From a virus (taxonomy: Duplodnaviria > Caudoviricetes): DNA of 24,794 nucleotides. The stretch is taken from IMG/VR virus record IMGVR_UViG_3300021560_000734, positions 1 to 24,794 of that record. One strand, given 5' to 3'. A program made the translations under genes and the position numbers. A model generated the notes under the pieces. It did not search any database and had not been told where the DNA came from. It saw only the letters and a list, made by a program, of their open reading frames with translations. Shown here piece by piece: positions 1 through 9,934 of this stretch. Position 1 is the first letter of the stretch. Each line of letters starts with the position of its first letter.

Positions 1-1
1 C

Positions 2-1042
2 GGGCTCGCGGGTCCGCTCGGCTACACCGGGCCGACCGGGGATTTCGGGCCGCCGGGGCCGACGGGCTGGATGGGGCCGACCGGCGACTTCGGTCCGACC
101 GGTGCGGGAGCGCCAGGGCCGACCGGACCCACGGGACCGCTCGGCGGTCCGACCGGTGCGCAGGGGCCGACCGGGCCGTCAGGTCTCGGGCCAACCGGCG
201 CGCAGGGACCGGCCGGCGTCGCGGGCGTGACCGGCTCGCAGGGACCGACCGGTCAAGGTGTTGCGGGTCCGCCGGGGCCGACCGGCGTGACGGGCCCGAC
301 GGGTCCACTCGGCGGACCGACCGGTGCGACCGGGGCAACCGGACTTGGAGGAACCGGAGGCACAGGGCCGACGGGGCCAGCGGGCGGGCCGACAGGTCCG
401 GCCGGCGCCACCGGGGCAACCGGAGCTGGCGGTGGCGGCGCGTCGGTGGGGATACCGCTCCTTCCAGCGGCAACACGTCCGCTGGTAGCCATGTTCCCGA
501 CCATCGTCGGGGCCACCAACACCAACACCGACGTGGCCGGTTACGGAATTCAGATGTCGGGAAACACCAATACGGGGCCTGGAGATGACATACGGGCACG
601 ACTGAGGGCCGTACCAGCAACGCCGTCTTGGACCTGCACATTTGGATTTCAACGGGGGTTCCCGGATTATAATTTCCTCTTGGGAGGCGCCGTCCTGCGG
701 GAAAGCTCGACCGGGAAGATGATCACTCTCTCGATGCAGCACGGTCCGCAAATCTCCATCGACAACTGGAATAGTCCGGTTTCGTTCAATTCCACAACAG
801 CGACCGAAGCTACTGATAATCCGACCATGTTTTTCCGCATCGCCGACGACGGCGCCGGGCACTACGTGTTCTCCATGAGCGATAACGGCGTCATCTACGC
901 CTTCCTGGGTTCGTACAGTAAAAATGCTTTTTTCACCGCGGCAGCAGACCAGATTGGATACTGTTTCAACCCCAATGCTGGCACCAGCAGCTTCCAAAAC
1001 AAACCCTTCGTGCTTGGCTTCTTCCACTACCTTGAGACCTGA
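2..1042 (+). CDS. Collagen-like tail fibre / virion appendage with C-terminal beta-rich (lectin-like) domain; 5'-truncated by the window
   Basis: Frame is open from position 2 ([22 protein letters not shown]...). Gly-X-Y (GPT-rich) repeats run to about nt 430, then about 200 aa of globular, aromatic-rich sequence. Stop TGA at 1040-1042. Confidence 0.8.
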   Translation, partial: GLAGPLGYTGPTGDFGPPGPTGWMGPTGDFGPTGAGAPGPTGPTGPLGGPTGAQGPTGPSGLGPTGAQGPAGVAGVTGSQGPTGQGVAGPPGPTGVTGPTGPLGGPTGATGATGLGGTGGTGPTGPAGGPTGPAGATGATGAGGGGASVGIPLLPAATRPLVAMFPTIVGATNTNTDVAGYGIQMSGNTNTGPGDDIRARLRAVPATPSWTCTFGFQRGFPDYNFLLGGAVLRESSTGKMITLSMQHGPQISIDNWNSPVSFNSTTATEATDNPTMFFRIADDGAGHYVFSMSDNGVIYAFLGSYSKNAFFTAAADQIGYCFNPNAGTSSFQNKPFVLGFFHYLET

Positions 1043-1102
1043 CCCGAATGGTTACCGAATAGTAAACCTTGCCGCCTACCCTCGGGGCAAAGGAGGCGCC
1101 AC

Positions 1103-1645
1103 ATGCCCAAGCAGCCGACCGAGCCGAATGTACCGAGTGCACCAAGCGCGCGGAGCGCCCCGAGCCCGACGATTACCATCGCGGAGGCCGAGGCACCGCG
1201 GGGTCGGCCCTACAAGTCGCCGGCGCTGATCGCGGAAGAGAAGTTACCGCCGCCCGCGCCCCGCATGCAGTCCCCGCAGGTGATTACCGACGGACAGGTG
1301 ATCATCAAGGCCGAGGGTGACCGGATCATCGCGCAGCGGATCGGCGACGCGCAGCCCGCCAACACCGAGCCGGGGCCGCCGGCGCCGCTCTCCGCGCGGG
1401 CCTTGTCGAAGCGCGCGATCGAGCAGGAGGCCGGTCGGCGCGCAGTCGCGCGTGCGGCGGAGGATCTCGCACATCGGCCGCCGCTGGTGCGCACGCCGCA
1501 GGAGATCGCGGCCGAGGGGACCAACACGCCGGTTTTCCGGCCAGGCGATTTCAGCGAGTACCGCGACATGCGCCGCAACGCCGTGTCGAAGGACAGCGGT
1601 TCGTCGGTGCTGCAACGGGTGAAGCAGACGCTGCCCGAGGGGTGA
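1103..1645 (+). CDS. Hypothetical Pro/Ala-rich phage protein (180 aa)
   Basis: AAGGAGG RBS just upstream of ATG 1103; fills the gap between two structural genes. Confidence 0.75.
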   Translation: MPKQPTEPNVPSAPSARSAPSPTITIAEAEAPRGRPYKSPALIAEEKLPPPAPRMQSPQVITDGQVIIKAEGDRIIAQRIGDAQPANTEPGPPAPLSARALSKRAIEQEAGRRAVARAAEDLAHRPPLVRTPQEIAAEGTNTPVFRPGDFSEYRDMRRNAVSKDSGSSVLQRVKQTLPEG

Positions 1646-1648
1646 TCG

Positions 1649-4600
1649 ATGCCGCCGATCAAAATCTCGCAGTTCGGCGGCATGCTTCCGGCGTGGGACG
1701 ACACCCTGCTGCCGGAGGACCAGGCGTCGTTTGCCAAGAACGCTTACCTCTATTCTGGCGCGCTGCGCGGCTGGCGCCAGCCGAAGCCGCTCTACCGCAT
1801 GCAGAAGCCGACGACCGGCTTCGTCTACCGTATCCCGACGCAGTCGCAGGCGACCGCGCAGGCGCATCTCGTCTTTCAGGACAACCCGGTCGAGGGCGAC
1901 ACCATCACGGTGGGCGAGGAGACCTACACGTTCACCGCCAATGTCAACACCGCCTACGAGGTGCTGCTCGGGCCGAACAGCACGGTGTCGGCGCAGAACC
2001 TCATCGGCGCGCTCACCCTCAACGGCGTGTTCGACCAGCAGTTCGGCCAGGGCACCTGCGTCAATCCGGCGATCACCGGCAACTCGCCGTGGGTCGGGCT
2101 GCCGTTCACGATCACCAATGCCATCGACACGCCGGGCGCGAACACGCTGATCCTGATCCCGGTCGAGCCGAGCGGGACCACCAAGGCGCTCGACGTCGCG
2201 ATCATGCCGGTGACGACCAACCCGTTCGCGAAGTTTCGCGGGGTGATTTACGCGAATTCGCTCGGCATCCCGGGCAGCCTGATCGCGGTCGGCTCCGAGG
2301 TGGTCGGGTGCGAGGCATACCGGCCGGTTACGAGCACCTTGGTGACGGAGCCCTATCTGCAAAAGGGCGACACCTATTGGATCGGGATGATGCTCGACAG
2401 TGCGGTCGCGGTCGCGCTCGCCGATGGCGGGGCGAACGGATCGAAGGCGGCCGTGACCTATTCGGGCGGGCCGTTGCCGGTGGCGCCGACGATGTCGCCG
2501 CTGCTCGTCGACTGGCAGATATGGACCGACATGGCGGTGATCTCGTCGCGCGATCCGATGAACACGCTCGGCACGGTGGACATGGGCGGCGGGCCGTGGC
2601 CCGACCTGATCGTGCAGGCGCCGGATTTCGGGGCCGCCTACAACACGACGCGGCTCGGGTCGAGCACCAACAGGATGGTGTGGCTCTACGACACCGTGTC
2701 GCTTGCGCACACCACGGCGACGCTCGCGGGCGGCGCCAACCAGACCCAGGACGACAGCATCACCGGCCCGGCGGCGTGGATGGAGTTCGACGACCCCGAC
2801 ACCAACGTGGTGCGCTCGCCGGTCGTGGACGACAGCTTCCAGCGTTACTACATCGCGAGCCCGTCGCTGCCGCCGATGTACAACACCTACGACCGCATCC
2901 AGGCCGGCGAGCCGCCGTTCCTGCTCGGCGTGCCGGCGCCGGGCTGCACCCCGAACCTTGCGGTGAGCGGCGGCGGCAATGCCTCGACCATCGGGCTTGC
3001 GGCGGCGAACTCGACGGCGACCGCGGCCGTCACCGGCGACTGGATGGTTCTCGTGCCAGTCACGCCGACCGGGGCGATGTCGCTCAACGACGTGTCGTGC
3101 ATCCCGGTGCAGGACCTGCCGTCGGCGCGCTACACCGCCGTGGTCTACTCGGACGACATCGGCAACCCGGCGACGTTTTTGGCGCAGGGCGCGCAGATGC
3201 AGGGCGTCACGGCCTTCCAGACACTGTCGAGCCCGTTTGCGATCCCGTTCGCGCTCAACTCCGGGATCACCTACTGGATCGGCTTCATGTTCGACACGTC
3301 GCAGTTTCTGCAACTGTCCGATGATCTGAACAATGCCAACGTGCGCACCGGGCCGGCGACCTACAACAACGGGCCGCCGGTGCACGCCCCGAGCATGGGG
3401 GCGGCGGGGGCCGACTTCCAGATCTGGGGCGACGTCGTCACGCAGGCGGTGCTGGAGACGCGCTCCTACGTCTATACCTGGGTGACCGCGTACGGCGAGG
3501 AGGGACCGCCCTCGCCCCCGGCGACGGTGACCGGGTGGTCGAACTCGACCTGGGTGATCGGCCTGTTCACGCCGCCACACGACGAGATGGGGGTGACGCG
3601 CAACATCACCCGCACACGCATCTACCGCACCGTGTCGGGGGCGAGCGGCCAGACGACGTTCTTTTTCGTCGCCGAGGTCGACGTCAACACGGCGCAGTAT
3701 GTGGACGTGTCGGACGATGCCATCATCTCGCAGAACCGGCAACTCCCTTCGACGGCGTGGGGCGAGCCGCCGGACGGTCTGATGGGGATTGCCCGCATGC
3801 CGAACGGCATGATGGTCGGTTTCAAGGGCAACGAGCTGTGGTTCTCCGAAGCCTATGCGCCGCACGCCTGGCCGGCGGGCTACGTGATCACCTGCGACTT
3901 CCCGATCGTCGGGATCGGCGTCACCGGGCAGGCAGTGGTTGCGTGCACGACCAGCCAGCCGACGGTGTGCTACGGGGTGAGCCCGGCGTCGATCACCCAG
4001 GTGAAGGTACCGATCACCGAGCCGTGCATTTCGCGCGGATCGATCGTCTCGATGGACAACGGCGTGTTCTATGCTTCGCCGAACGGGATGGTGCAGCTCA
4101 ACAGCAGCGGCCAGGGCGGCAACATCACCGAGACGTGGATCAGGCGCGAACGCTGGCAGACGCTCACCCCGCAGAAATTCGTGCGCGCGGTCCGGCATAT
4201 GTCGGCGTACTTCGCCTTCGGTTCGATCGACGGCACCGATCACAGTTTGGCGCAGACCGGCTTCACGGTCGAAATATCGAACGACAGCCAGAGTTTTTCG
4301 ATCTGGCCGCAAGCGGGCGGCCACCGGCTCGGGTTTTCGGCACTCTCGGCGCCGAACGGGATCGACATCCGCAATGTCGAGATCGACCCGTGGAGCGGCG
4401 TCTGCCTTCTGGTCGAGGATGACGGCAACGTCTACTACTACGACTTCGCCGATCCGGCGCCGACGCCGGTGCGCTATCGCTGGCGCTCGAAGCAGTTCCA
4501 GCTCGGGGCGAAGAAGAACATGTCGGCGTTCCGCGTGTACTTCCAGGTGCTGCCGGGTACGCCGCCGCAGACCCCGGTGCGCGCGACGGCGGCGAACATC

Positions 4601-4834
4601 GGCGACGACATTCCCTTCGTTCCCGGCATGTACGGGGTGGTGCGGGTGTTCGCCGACAGCAACAACGACGGTCTGATGAACCTCGTCACGGCGCGCGAAT
4701 TGCGCTCGCCGGGCGAGCTGATGCGCATCTGCACCGGGTTCAAGAACGAGTTCTGGCAGGTCGAGGTCGAGGGCGTGATCTCGGTGCAGAACATCCAGGC
4801 GGCGACGAGCGTGAAGGAACTTGCGAGGGTTTAG
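1649..4834 (+). CDS. Virion structural protein, probable tail nozzle / tail tubular protein B-like (1061 aa) with two inserted beta-sandwich domains
   Basis: N-terminus IKISQFGGMLP..DDTLLP..A..A.N and motifs RSYVYTWVTAYGEEGPPSP, RIYRT, GNELWFSE..PHAWP, YRWRSKQF resemble podophage nozzle/stabilisation proteins. It lies just before the putative ejection genes. Family call is from recognition, not a search. Confidence 0.7.
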   Translation: MPPIKISQFGGMLPAWDDTLLPEDQASFAKNAYLYSGALRGWRQPKPLYRMQKPTTGFVYRIPTQSQATAQAHLVFQDNPVEGDTITVGEETYTFTANVNTAYEVLLGPNSTVSAQNLIGALTLNGVFDQQFGQGTCVNPAITGNSPWVGLPFTITNAIDTPGANTLILIPVEPSGTTKALDVAIMPVTTNPFAKFRGVIYANSLGIPGSLIAVGSEVVGCEAYRPVTSTLVTEPYLQKGDTYWIGMMLDSAVAVALADGGANGSKAAVTYSGGPLPVAPTMSPLLVDWQIWTDMAVISSRDPMNTLGTVDMGGGPWPDLIVQAPDFGAAYNTTRLGSSTNRMVWLYDTVSLAHTTATLAGGANQTQDDSITGPAAWMEFDDPDTNVVRSPVVDDSFQRYYIASPSLPPMYNTYDRIQAGEPPFLLGVPAPGCTPNLAVSGGGNASTIGLAAANSTATAAVTGDWMVLVPVTPTGAMSLNDVSCIPVQDLPSARYTAVVYSDDIGNPATFLAQGAQMQGVTAFQTLSSPFAIPFALNSGITYWIGFMFDTSQFLQLSDDLNNANVRTGPATYNNGPPVHAPSMGAAGADFQIWGDVVTQAVLETRSYVYTWVTAYGEEGPPSPPATVTGWSNSTWVIGLFTPPHDEMGVTRNITRTRIYRTVSGASGQTTFFFVAEVDVNTAQYVDVSDDAIISQNRQLPSTAWGEPPDGLMGIARMPNGMMVGFKGNELWFSEAYAPHAWPAGYVITCDFPIVGIGVTGQAVVACTTSQPTVCYGVSPASITQVKVPITEPCISRGSIVSMDNGVFYASPNGMVQLNSSGQGGNITETWIRRERWQTLTPQKFVRAVRHMSAYFAFGSIDGTDHSLAQTGFTVEISNDSQSFSIWPQAGGHRLGFSALSAPNGIDIRNVEIDPWSGVCLLVEDDGNVYYYDFADPAPTPVRYRWRSKQFQLGAKKNMSAFRVYFQVLPGTPPQTPVRATAANIGDDIPFVPGMYGVVRVFADSNNDGLMNLVTARELRSPGELMRICTGFKNEFWQVEVEGVISVQNIQAATSVKELARV

Positions 4835-4836
4835 CG

Positions 4837-5304
4837 ATGGCGACACATGCGATTGGCTTGGCGCGGAAGGCGAAGGAAGAGGTTGCGCTGCGGGACAATG
4901 GTGATGGCAGTGACCTCCAGGCCCCGGTGTGCCATCTGCCGCCTACGTCAGACATCCCGGAAGGCGCGGGGCTGAACCTACCGGCGATCCCCGCCCCGGA
5001 CGGGACGATCGAGGGGATGATGAACTCGCTCAATTCGCTGATCCAGGGGTACAACGGGCTGGCCGGGTTTGGCCCGTTCGGAGGCGCTTCCGCTTCCGCA
5101 AGCGCAAGCGGCGGTGCAGCGGGCGGCTTCAAGACCAAGGATCAGAAAGGCGGACGTTTCATCGAGCGCAGCCGTCAGACCAAGAAGGTGCGCGTGACCA
5201 ATCCAGACGACGAGAACCAGTGGGTCGACGTGATGGTCATCACCGCGCTGACGATGGTCGACACCAAGACCGGTGAGACGTGGGACTGGACGCGCGGCTC
5301 GTGA
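4837..5304 (+). CDS. Hypothetical phage protein (155 aa), probably virion-associated
   Basis: Starts 2 nt after the previous stop; its TGA overlaps the next GTG (GTGA at 5301-5304). Confidence 0.75.
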   Translation: MATHAIGLARKAKEEVALRDNGDGSDLQAPVCHLPPTSDIPEGAGLNLPAIPAPDGTIEGMMNSLNSLIQGYNGLAGFGPFGGASASASASGGAAGGFKTKDQKGGRFIERSRQTKKVRVTNPDDENQWVDVMVITALTMVDTKTGETWDWTRGS

Positions 5305-6167
5305 ACGATATCGCGCAATTCGGTTGGCTGGAGTGGCCGGTTGCGGTCGGGTGGGGTGATAATGTTCTCAATATTTGTTTTACTGTGGGCACCGATATTA
5401 ATAGCTTGCCTCCGCCTCTGACAGTTGTTGGTCTGCCGTTCGGAGGCTCGACGTTCATGACGAGCAGTAATCCGCATGTCGTCACCAAGGACGTCGAGTA
5501 TCTGTCCACGACTGCGCCCTATATGGCTGGCACAGGAATGTCCAGCGCCTGCTGGTCCGCCAACCTGTCGCACATCGCCTTGAGCAATAATCGTGGGGGT
5601 AGCGTGTCGTTCACGGTCACATGTCCGGCGCCGCCGAACACACATACAATTCAGACATGGTACGAGGTCTGGAGAGGGTTTCGGGTCGGCAATGATGTTT
5701 ATAACACCTATGACGCCGTCAAGTCGGATCAGGGACAGCATGAGTGGTTGACGAACGACAATCTTTTCTGGTGGCAGACCGGTCCAGGTGAATTCGTTTA
5801 TGGCCCAAATCCGGTATTGCCCCCCACAAAGTCGGCCGCAGATGATTGGCTAGCTCAGTATTTCTTTCACAATCCTATTGACGCCCACACGTACAACTCG
5901 GGGATTGTTGGCCCGCTCCACCAGGAGTTTGACAGTCATCCGCCTTACGGGATGACGGTTTCGGCCGGGACGTTCAAAGGTGTCACCAAGAAAAATGCCG
6001 GCACCGCGGTGGACGGTCTCGATATCGGGTGCCGGACCGATCAAACCAGGGGCGTATTTCCAGGCCCCGGCATCATATCGATGAGCGTCGACCTCAAGAC
6101 CCTGAAGCTCACTGGCTCGTTCTCGGGGAACGGCTGGCTCGACGGTGCGGTCGGGCCGCCGGAGTAG
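5301..6167 (+). CDS. Hypothetical beta-rich protein (about 288 aa), visibly lower GC than its neighbours
   Basis: GTG 5301 is coupled to the upstream stop; long open frame with many A/T-ending codons. Confidence 0.75.
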   Translation: MNDIAQFGWLEWPVAVGWGDNVLNICFTVGTDINSLPPPLTVVGLPFGGSTFMTSSNPHVVTKDVEYLSTTAPYMAGTGMSSACWSANLSHIALSNNRGGSVSFTVTCPAPPNTHTIQTWYEVWRGFRVGNDVYNTYDAVKSDQGQHEWLTNDNLFWWQTGPGEFVYGPNPVLPPTKSAADDWLAQYFFHNPIDAHTYNSGIVGPLHQEFDSHPPYGMTVSAGTFKGVTKKNAGTAVDGLDIGCRTDQTRGVFPGPGIISMSVDLKTLKLTGSFSGNGWLDGAVGPPE

Positions 6168-6251
6168 CGGTTCAGTCATTATTCACCACGCCATCCTACC
6201 GTGACCGCGCTCCGCGGCCGGGAGCGGCAGCGGCAATCCGCGAGCCCGCCC

Positions 6252-7739
6252 ATGGCCTACACCGACATCTATGACTACAGCCGATCGCCAGGCGCTTCCG
6301 TCCCGGTCACGGCGCCCGGCATCGAGGCGCTCGGCAATCTCTGGCAATACTACCAGCAGATCGCGCAGAAGCAGTACGACTGGGCGCAGGGCGAGTACGC
6401 CAAGAACAGCCAGCTCACCGACAACCTCGTCAACGACTACCTCGGCAAGTCGCAGATGCTTACCGGCATGGGGGCATCGGATCTCTCGCGCTATCAGGGC
6501 ATCTTCCAGCCGATCGAGAACCAGCTCGTTGCCGATGCGGCGAGCTATGCGGGTGCCCCGCGCATTGCGGCCGAGATGGGGCGCGCCGGCGCGACCGCGG
6601 CGCAGGCGGGCGAGGCGGGGCGGCAGAATGCACTCGCCGATCTGCGCGCCTACGGCATCGACCCGTCGGCGGGACGCTATGCGGACCTCGACCGCGCGAG
6701 CCGGATGCAGGAAGCCGCATCGGTCGCGGGCGCGCAGAACCAGGCGCGGCTCGCCGCCGAGGCGACCGGGCGCGGGATACGCTCCGAGGCGATCCAGGTC
6801 GGTCAGCGATACCCCGGGCAGATCGCCAACGAACTCTCGTCCGCGCTCGCGGCCGACACTGGCGCGATCAATGCGCGGCTCGCCAACGCGAACACTGGCG
6901 CGAACCTTTTCCGCAATGCGGTGCCGTGGGCGCAACTGGCGCAGCAGGGTGCCGAAGGGCAGGTGACGGCGGCGCAACGCGCGCTCGGCACCGGCGGCGG
7001 GACGGCTGGCTTCCAGGTCAGGCCGGGTTCTGGCGGTGGCAGCGGCGGTGGCGGTGGTGGCACCGCAGTGCCTGGTTCCAGTTCTAGTTTTCGTGATCCT
7101 GGCTGGAACAGGCTGCCTTCAGCCCCCAGCACCGGCGGCGGTGGTGGTTACGGCGGTGGTGGCGGGGGCGGCGGTGGTGGCAGCGCCGCGGGCATCATTA
7201 ATACCGGCTGGCAGGAAGGCGAACAGTACGGCCCGCCATCGTCAGCAGCAGAACCTGGCGGTGGCGATGACTGGAGCGGGTGGATGGATAACGCTCCTGA
7301 CGATGCGGGCTGGGGGAATTGGCAAAACACGGGACCGGACGACTACGGCATGGGAGGCTCATCCGACGACTGGAGCGGGTGGATGGACTCCGGCGACGAG
7401 GGGGCTGCGGCCGGCGGCGCGATCAATCCGCGGATCATGCCCCCGCAGGCCCTTCCGGTGCCGCAGGCACCCCCGATGGGTCCGACGTCCGGCGGGTTTG
7501 TCAATCAGAGTGCGAGCCCGAGCGCCGGGATCGAGACCGACGACGTGCCGGCGCGGCTCAATGCGCACGAGTACGTCATTCCGCGCGACGTCGCGCTGTG
7601 GCACGGGCGCAAGTTCTACCAGAGCCACATCGACAAGGCGCGCGAGGAGATGGGCGGCGCCACCGCCAAGCCGAAGATGAAGCCGGCGCTCAACGCCCCG
7701 CCGACGTTCCGCTCGCAGGCAATCCCGGGAGCAATGTGA
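6252..7739 (+). CDS. Putative internal virion / DNA ejection protein 1 (about 495 aa)
   Basis: Ala/Gln-rich helical N-half, poly-Gly linker, and C-terminal GGFV...TDDVPARLNAHEYVIPRDV motif of the kind seen in phage DNA-transfer/tape-measure proteins. ATG 6252 preferred over GTG 6201. Confidence 0.65.
   Translation: MAYTDIYDYSRSPGASVPVTAPGIEALGNLWQYYQQIAQKQYDWAQGEYAKNSQLTDNLVNDYLGKSQMLTGMGASDLSRYQGIFQPIENQLVADAASYAGAPRIAAEMGRAGATAAQAGEAGRQNALADLRAYGIDPSAGRYADLDRASRMQEAASVAGAQNQARLAAEATGRGIRSEAIQVGQRYPGQIANELSSALAADTGAINARLANANTGANLFRNAVPWAQLAQQGAEGQVTAAQRALGTGGGTAGFQVRPGSGGGSGGGGGGTAVPGSSSSFRDPGWNRLPSAPSTGGGGGYGGGGGGGGGGSAAGIINTGWQEGEQYGPPSSAAEPGGGDDWSGWMDNAPDDAGWGNWQNTGPDDYGMGGSSDDWSGWMDSGDEGAAAGGAINPRIMPPQALPVPQAPPMGPTSGGFVNQSASPSAGIETDDVPARLNAHEYVIPRDVALWHGRKFYQSHIDKAREEMGGATAKPKMKPALNAPPTFRSQAIPGAM
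7266..7388 (+). repeat. Duplicated DDWSGWMD peptide repeat
   Basis: gatgactggagcgggtggatggat (7266-7289) and gacgactggagcgggtggatggac (7365-7388). Confidence 0.85.
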
Positions 7740-9934
7740 TGGTCACCAACGCGACCGACCCCGGCGGCTTTTATCGCAGCAGCATCCCGGGCACCGGGCA
7801 GAAAGACCCCTACGCGACCGGGGTGATCTCCTCGGTGCTCGGCCAGGCGACGCCGGGCGCGAGCGTATCGGCGCCGACCAACTCCACCGACACGTCGGGC
7901 ACTGGCGGCTTCGACTGGGGCTCGTCCGGCGGCGGCATCTTCAGCGGCGGCGCCGGTCCGACCTCGCCGGGGTCGGGGGTGTTTTCGTTCCAGGGCGGCG
8001 GCGCGATCGACGATATGGCGAATGCGCCGGTTGATGGTGATCCGCCGAACACGCCGCGCAGCATGAGGGGAATGCCCCGGTGGCTACAGCAGACGTCGCG
8101 CGTTATCGAAGGCACCGTCAATGGCGTGCGCGGCGCACTCGGATATCCGCCGATGGTGGAGCCGGAGATCGGCGCCGATCCGGTGTTCAAGTCGATGTTC
8201 GATCCGCGTGAATGGGGTAAAAATCCCCAGGATCAGAACCAGCAGCCCGGCTACGCTGGCGGGGGTGCGATCGATACGGAGATCCAGCCGCGCCGGCGCG
8301 GGCCGCGTCCGCACGATCCGGCGGGTCGGCGGGCGGTGCATGCCCATGTGCAGCGGGCGCTCGATTTCGGTCGGCAGAAATACGGCGTGATGGGCGGTGG
8401 TCCGCGGCCGGCCGGCAGCTATCTCACCGGCGGCGTGGTGCGCGCGTTCGACGACGGCGGGTCGGCTGACGACGACATGGCGCCGGCGCCCGACGATCAG
8501 GGTGCGATCCCGACTGACCAGCCCCCGCAGCCGATGCAGGGGATCATGCGCTATCTGACCGGCGCCGATGCGGCCCATCCGCAAGAGGTGCAGCAGATCG
8601 AGAACATGATCGATCCGCACAACGAGATGACCAAGCCGGATCGTGCCGCCGCAGCGGTTGCGGCAGCGTCGGCGGACGATCCCGCGAGCGGCTTTCCGAT
8701 CTTGCAGCACTATCGGAACTCGTACGAGCACGGGAAGCAGTTTGCGGCACACGCGGCGGACCAGGGCGACATGTCGGCGGCGGCGAATGCCGCCAACATC
8801 GCGTTCGCGAACGTGCCGAACACCAAGCACTACAGGTTCATGGCGAACGGCCCTGACGCGAGTTCCGGCGTCACCATGACGGTGACGGACCAGAACGGGC
8901 GCAGCACCAGCACCAACCTGAGCCAGCCGCAACTCGCCGCGCTGATGAAGGACCGTGCCACGATGTTCGACAGTATGGCCGACATGGCGTCGGGCGACGT
9001 GACGGGCGCAACGCCGGAGCAGCAACAGCCGCAGCCGCAGGACGCGCGGGGCAATCGGACCGCGGTCGGGCGGGCGCTCGATATCTATGGCCTCCTCCAC
9101 GGTCGTGCGGCCGAGCCGCCAGCGGTGTCGGCGCCACAGACCACGGCGGCAGCAGGAACCGCGCCTGCACCCGCCGCCGCGCAGGCGCTCACGGCCGGTG
9201 CAGAGGGCGATGTCGGTGGTGCCATGACGGCGCCCGCGGCTGCGCCTGCCGCTCCGGCCAAAGAGACAAAACCTCGCGGTCGCTGGGCGGATGAGGCCGA
9301 GAAATACGGTATCGACGAAAAGACCGTGAACCTGTCCCACGACAGATTTCCATGGGCCAGCCAGGAGGGCCAGCGTCTCGACTGGCTCGCGAAGCAGCAG
9401 GAAGCCGGGACGAAATATTCTGCCGAACAGACGAAAGCCGAGACCGCTGCGGGCTCGCGCGAGAACGTCCAGAGGATGAGGAATGAAGGCGCAATCGCAG
9501 TAAAGAAGGTGGCCGGGGAGAACTATCTCGCCGGGCTCGACAAGAAAGGGAAGGACGCAGTGGCGCGTCAAATCGCGGACAACATCGCGAAGGACCGGCG
9601 CCTCGCCAATACTCTGGGCGGACGTTTGGTGACCACGATGGTGGGTAATGGCAAATCGATGGACGATGTCGATCAGGCCCTGAAGGAGCAAAAGTTGCCG
9701 AGCATGGGTCAGATTTACGGGCACTATGCGATGCCGAACACGCCCGGCGATCTGGATCTCAGCGCGCCGCAGACGATCGGCGCCGCACCGACGACGGTGT
9801 CGACGCAGGTGCCGGGGACAGCGTCAGGACAGGGTCGGACCTATCCGGTGGCCGGGACCAACCGGACCGTCTACGTCGGGGCCGACGGCAAGATGCGCTA
9901 CACGGACACCGGCGACATCTACAGGCAGCAATAG
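7739..9934 (+). CDS. Putative internal virion / DNA ejection protein 2 (731 aa)
   Basis: ATG overlaps the upstream stop (TGATG 7737-7741). Low-complexity Gly/Ala/Gln-rich sequence without Cys. The ORF-track extension to 7319 overlaps the previous gene and looks spurious. Confidence 0.65.
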   Translation: MVTNATDPGGFYRSSIPGTGQKDPYATGVISSVLGQATPGASVSAPTNSTDTSGTGGFDWGSSGGGIFSGGAGPTSPGSGVFSFQGGGAIDDMANAPVDGDPPNTPRSMRGMPRWLQQTSRVIEGTVNGVRGALGYPPMVEPEIGADPVFKSMFDPREWGKNPQDQNQQPGYAGGGAIDTEIQPRRRGPRPHDPAGRRAVHAHVQRALDFGRQKYGVMGGGPRPAGSYLTGGVVRAFDDGGSADDDMAPAPDDQGAIPTDQPPQPMQGIMRYLTGADAAHPQEVQQIENMIDPHNEMTKPDRAAAAVAAASADDPASGFPILQHYRNSYEHGKQFAAHAADQGDMSAAANAANIAFANVPNTKHYRFMANGPDASSGVTMTVTDQNGRSTSTNLSQPQLAALMKDRATMFDSMADMASGDVTGATPEQQQPQPQDARGNRTAVGRALDIYGLLHGRAAEPPAVSAPQTTAAAGTAPAPAAAQALTAGAEGDVGGAMTAPAAAPAAPAKETKPRGRWADEAEKYGIDEKTVNLSHDRFPWASQEGQRLDWLAKQQEAGTKYSAEQTKAETAAGSRENVQRMRNEGAIAVKKVAGENYLAGLDKKGKDAVARQIADNIAKDRRLANTLGGRLVTTMVGNGKSMDDVDQALKEQKLPSMGQIYGHYAMPNTPGDLDLSAPQTIGAAPTTVSTQVPGTASGQGRTYPVAGTNRTVYVGADGKMRYTDTGDIYRQQ

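Noticed and set aside
1-430. GGNCCGACC-type nucleotide repeats as a DNA-level repeat element
   Set aside because: Fully explained by Gly-Pro-Thr collagen codons.
1244-4846. 1200-aa minus-strand ORF and other long antisense/alternate-frame ORFs (1642-3324, 8084-9724, 12169-13830, 13719-15005)
   Set aside because: Arg/His-rich shadow frames of GC-rich genes with biased codon usage; no motifs or RBS.
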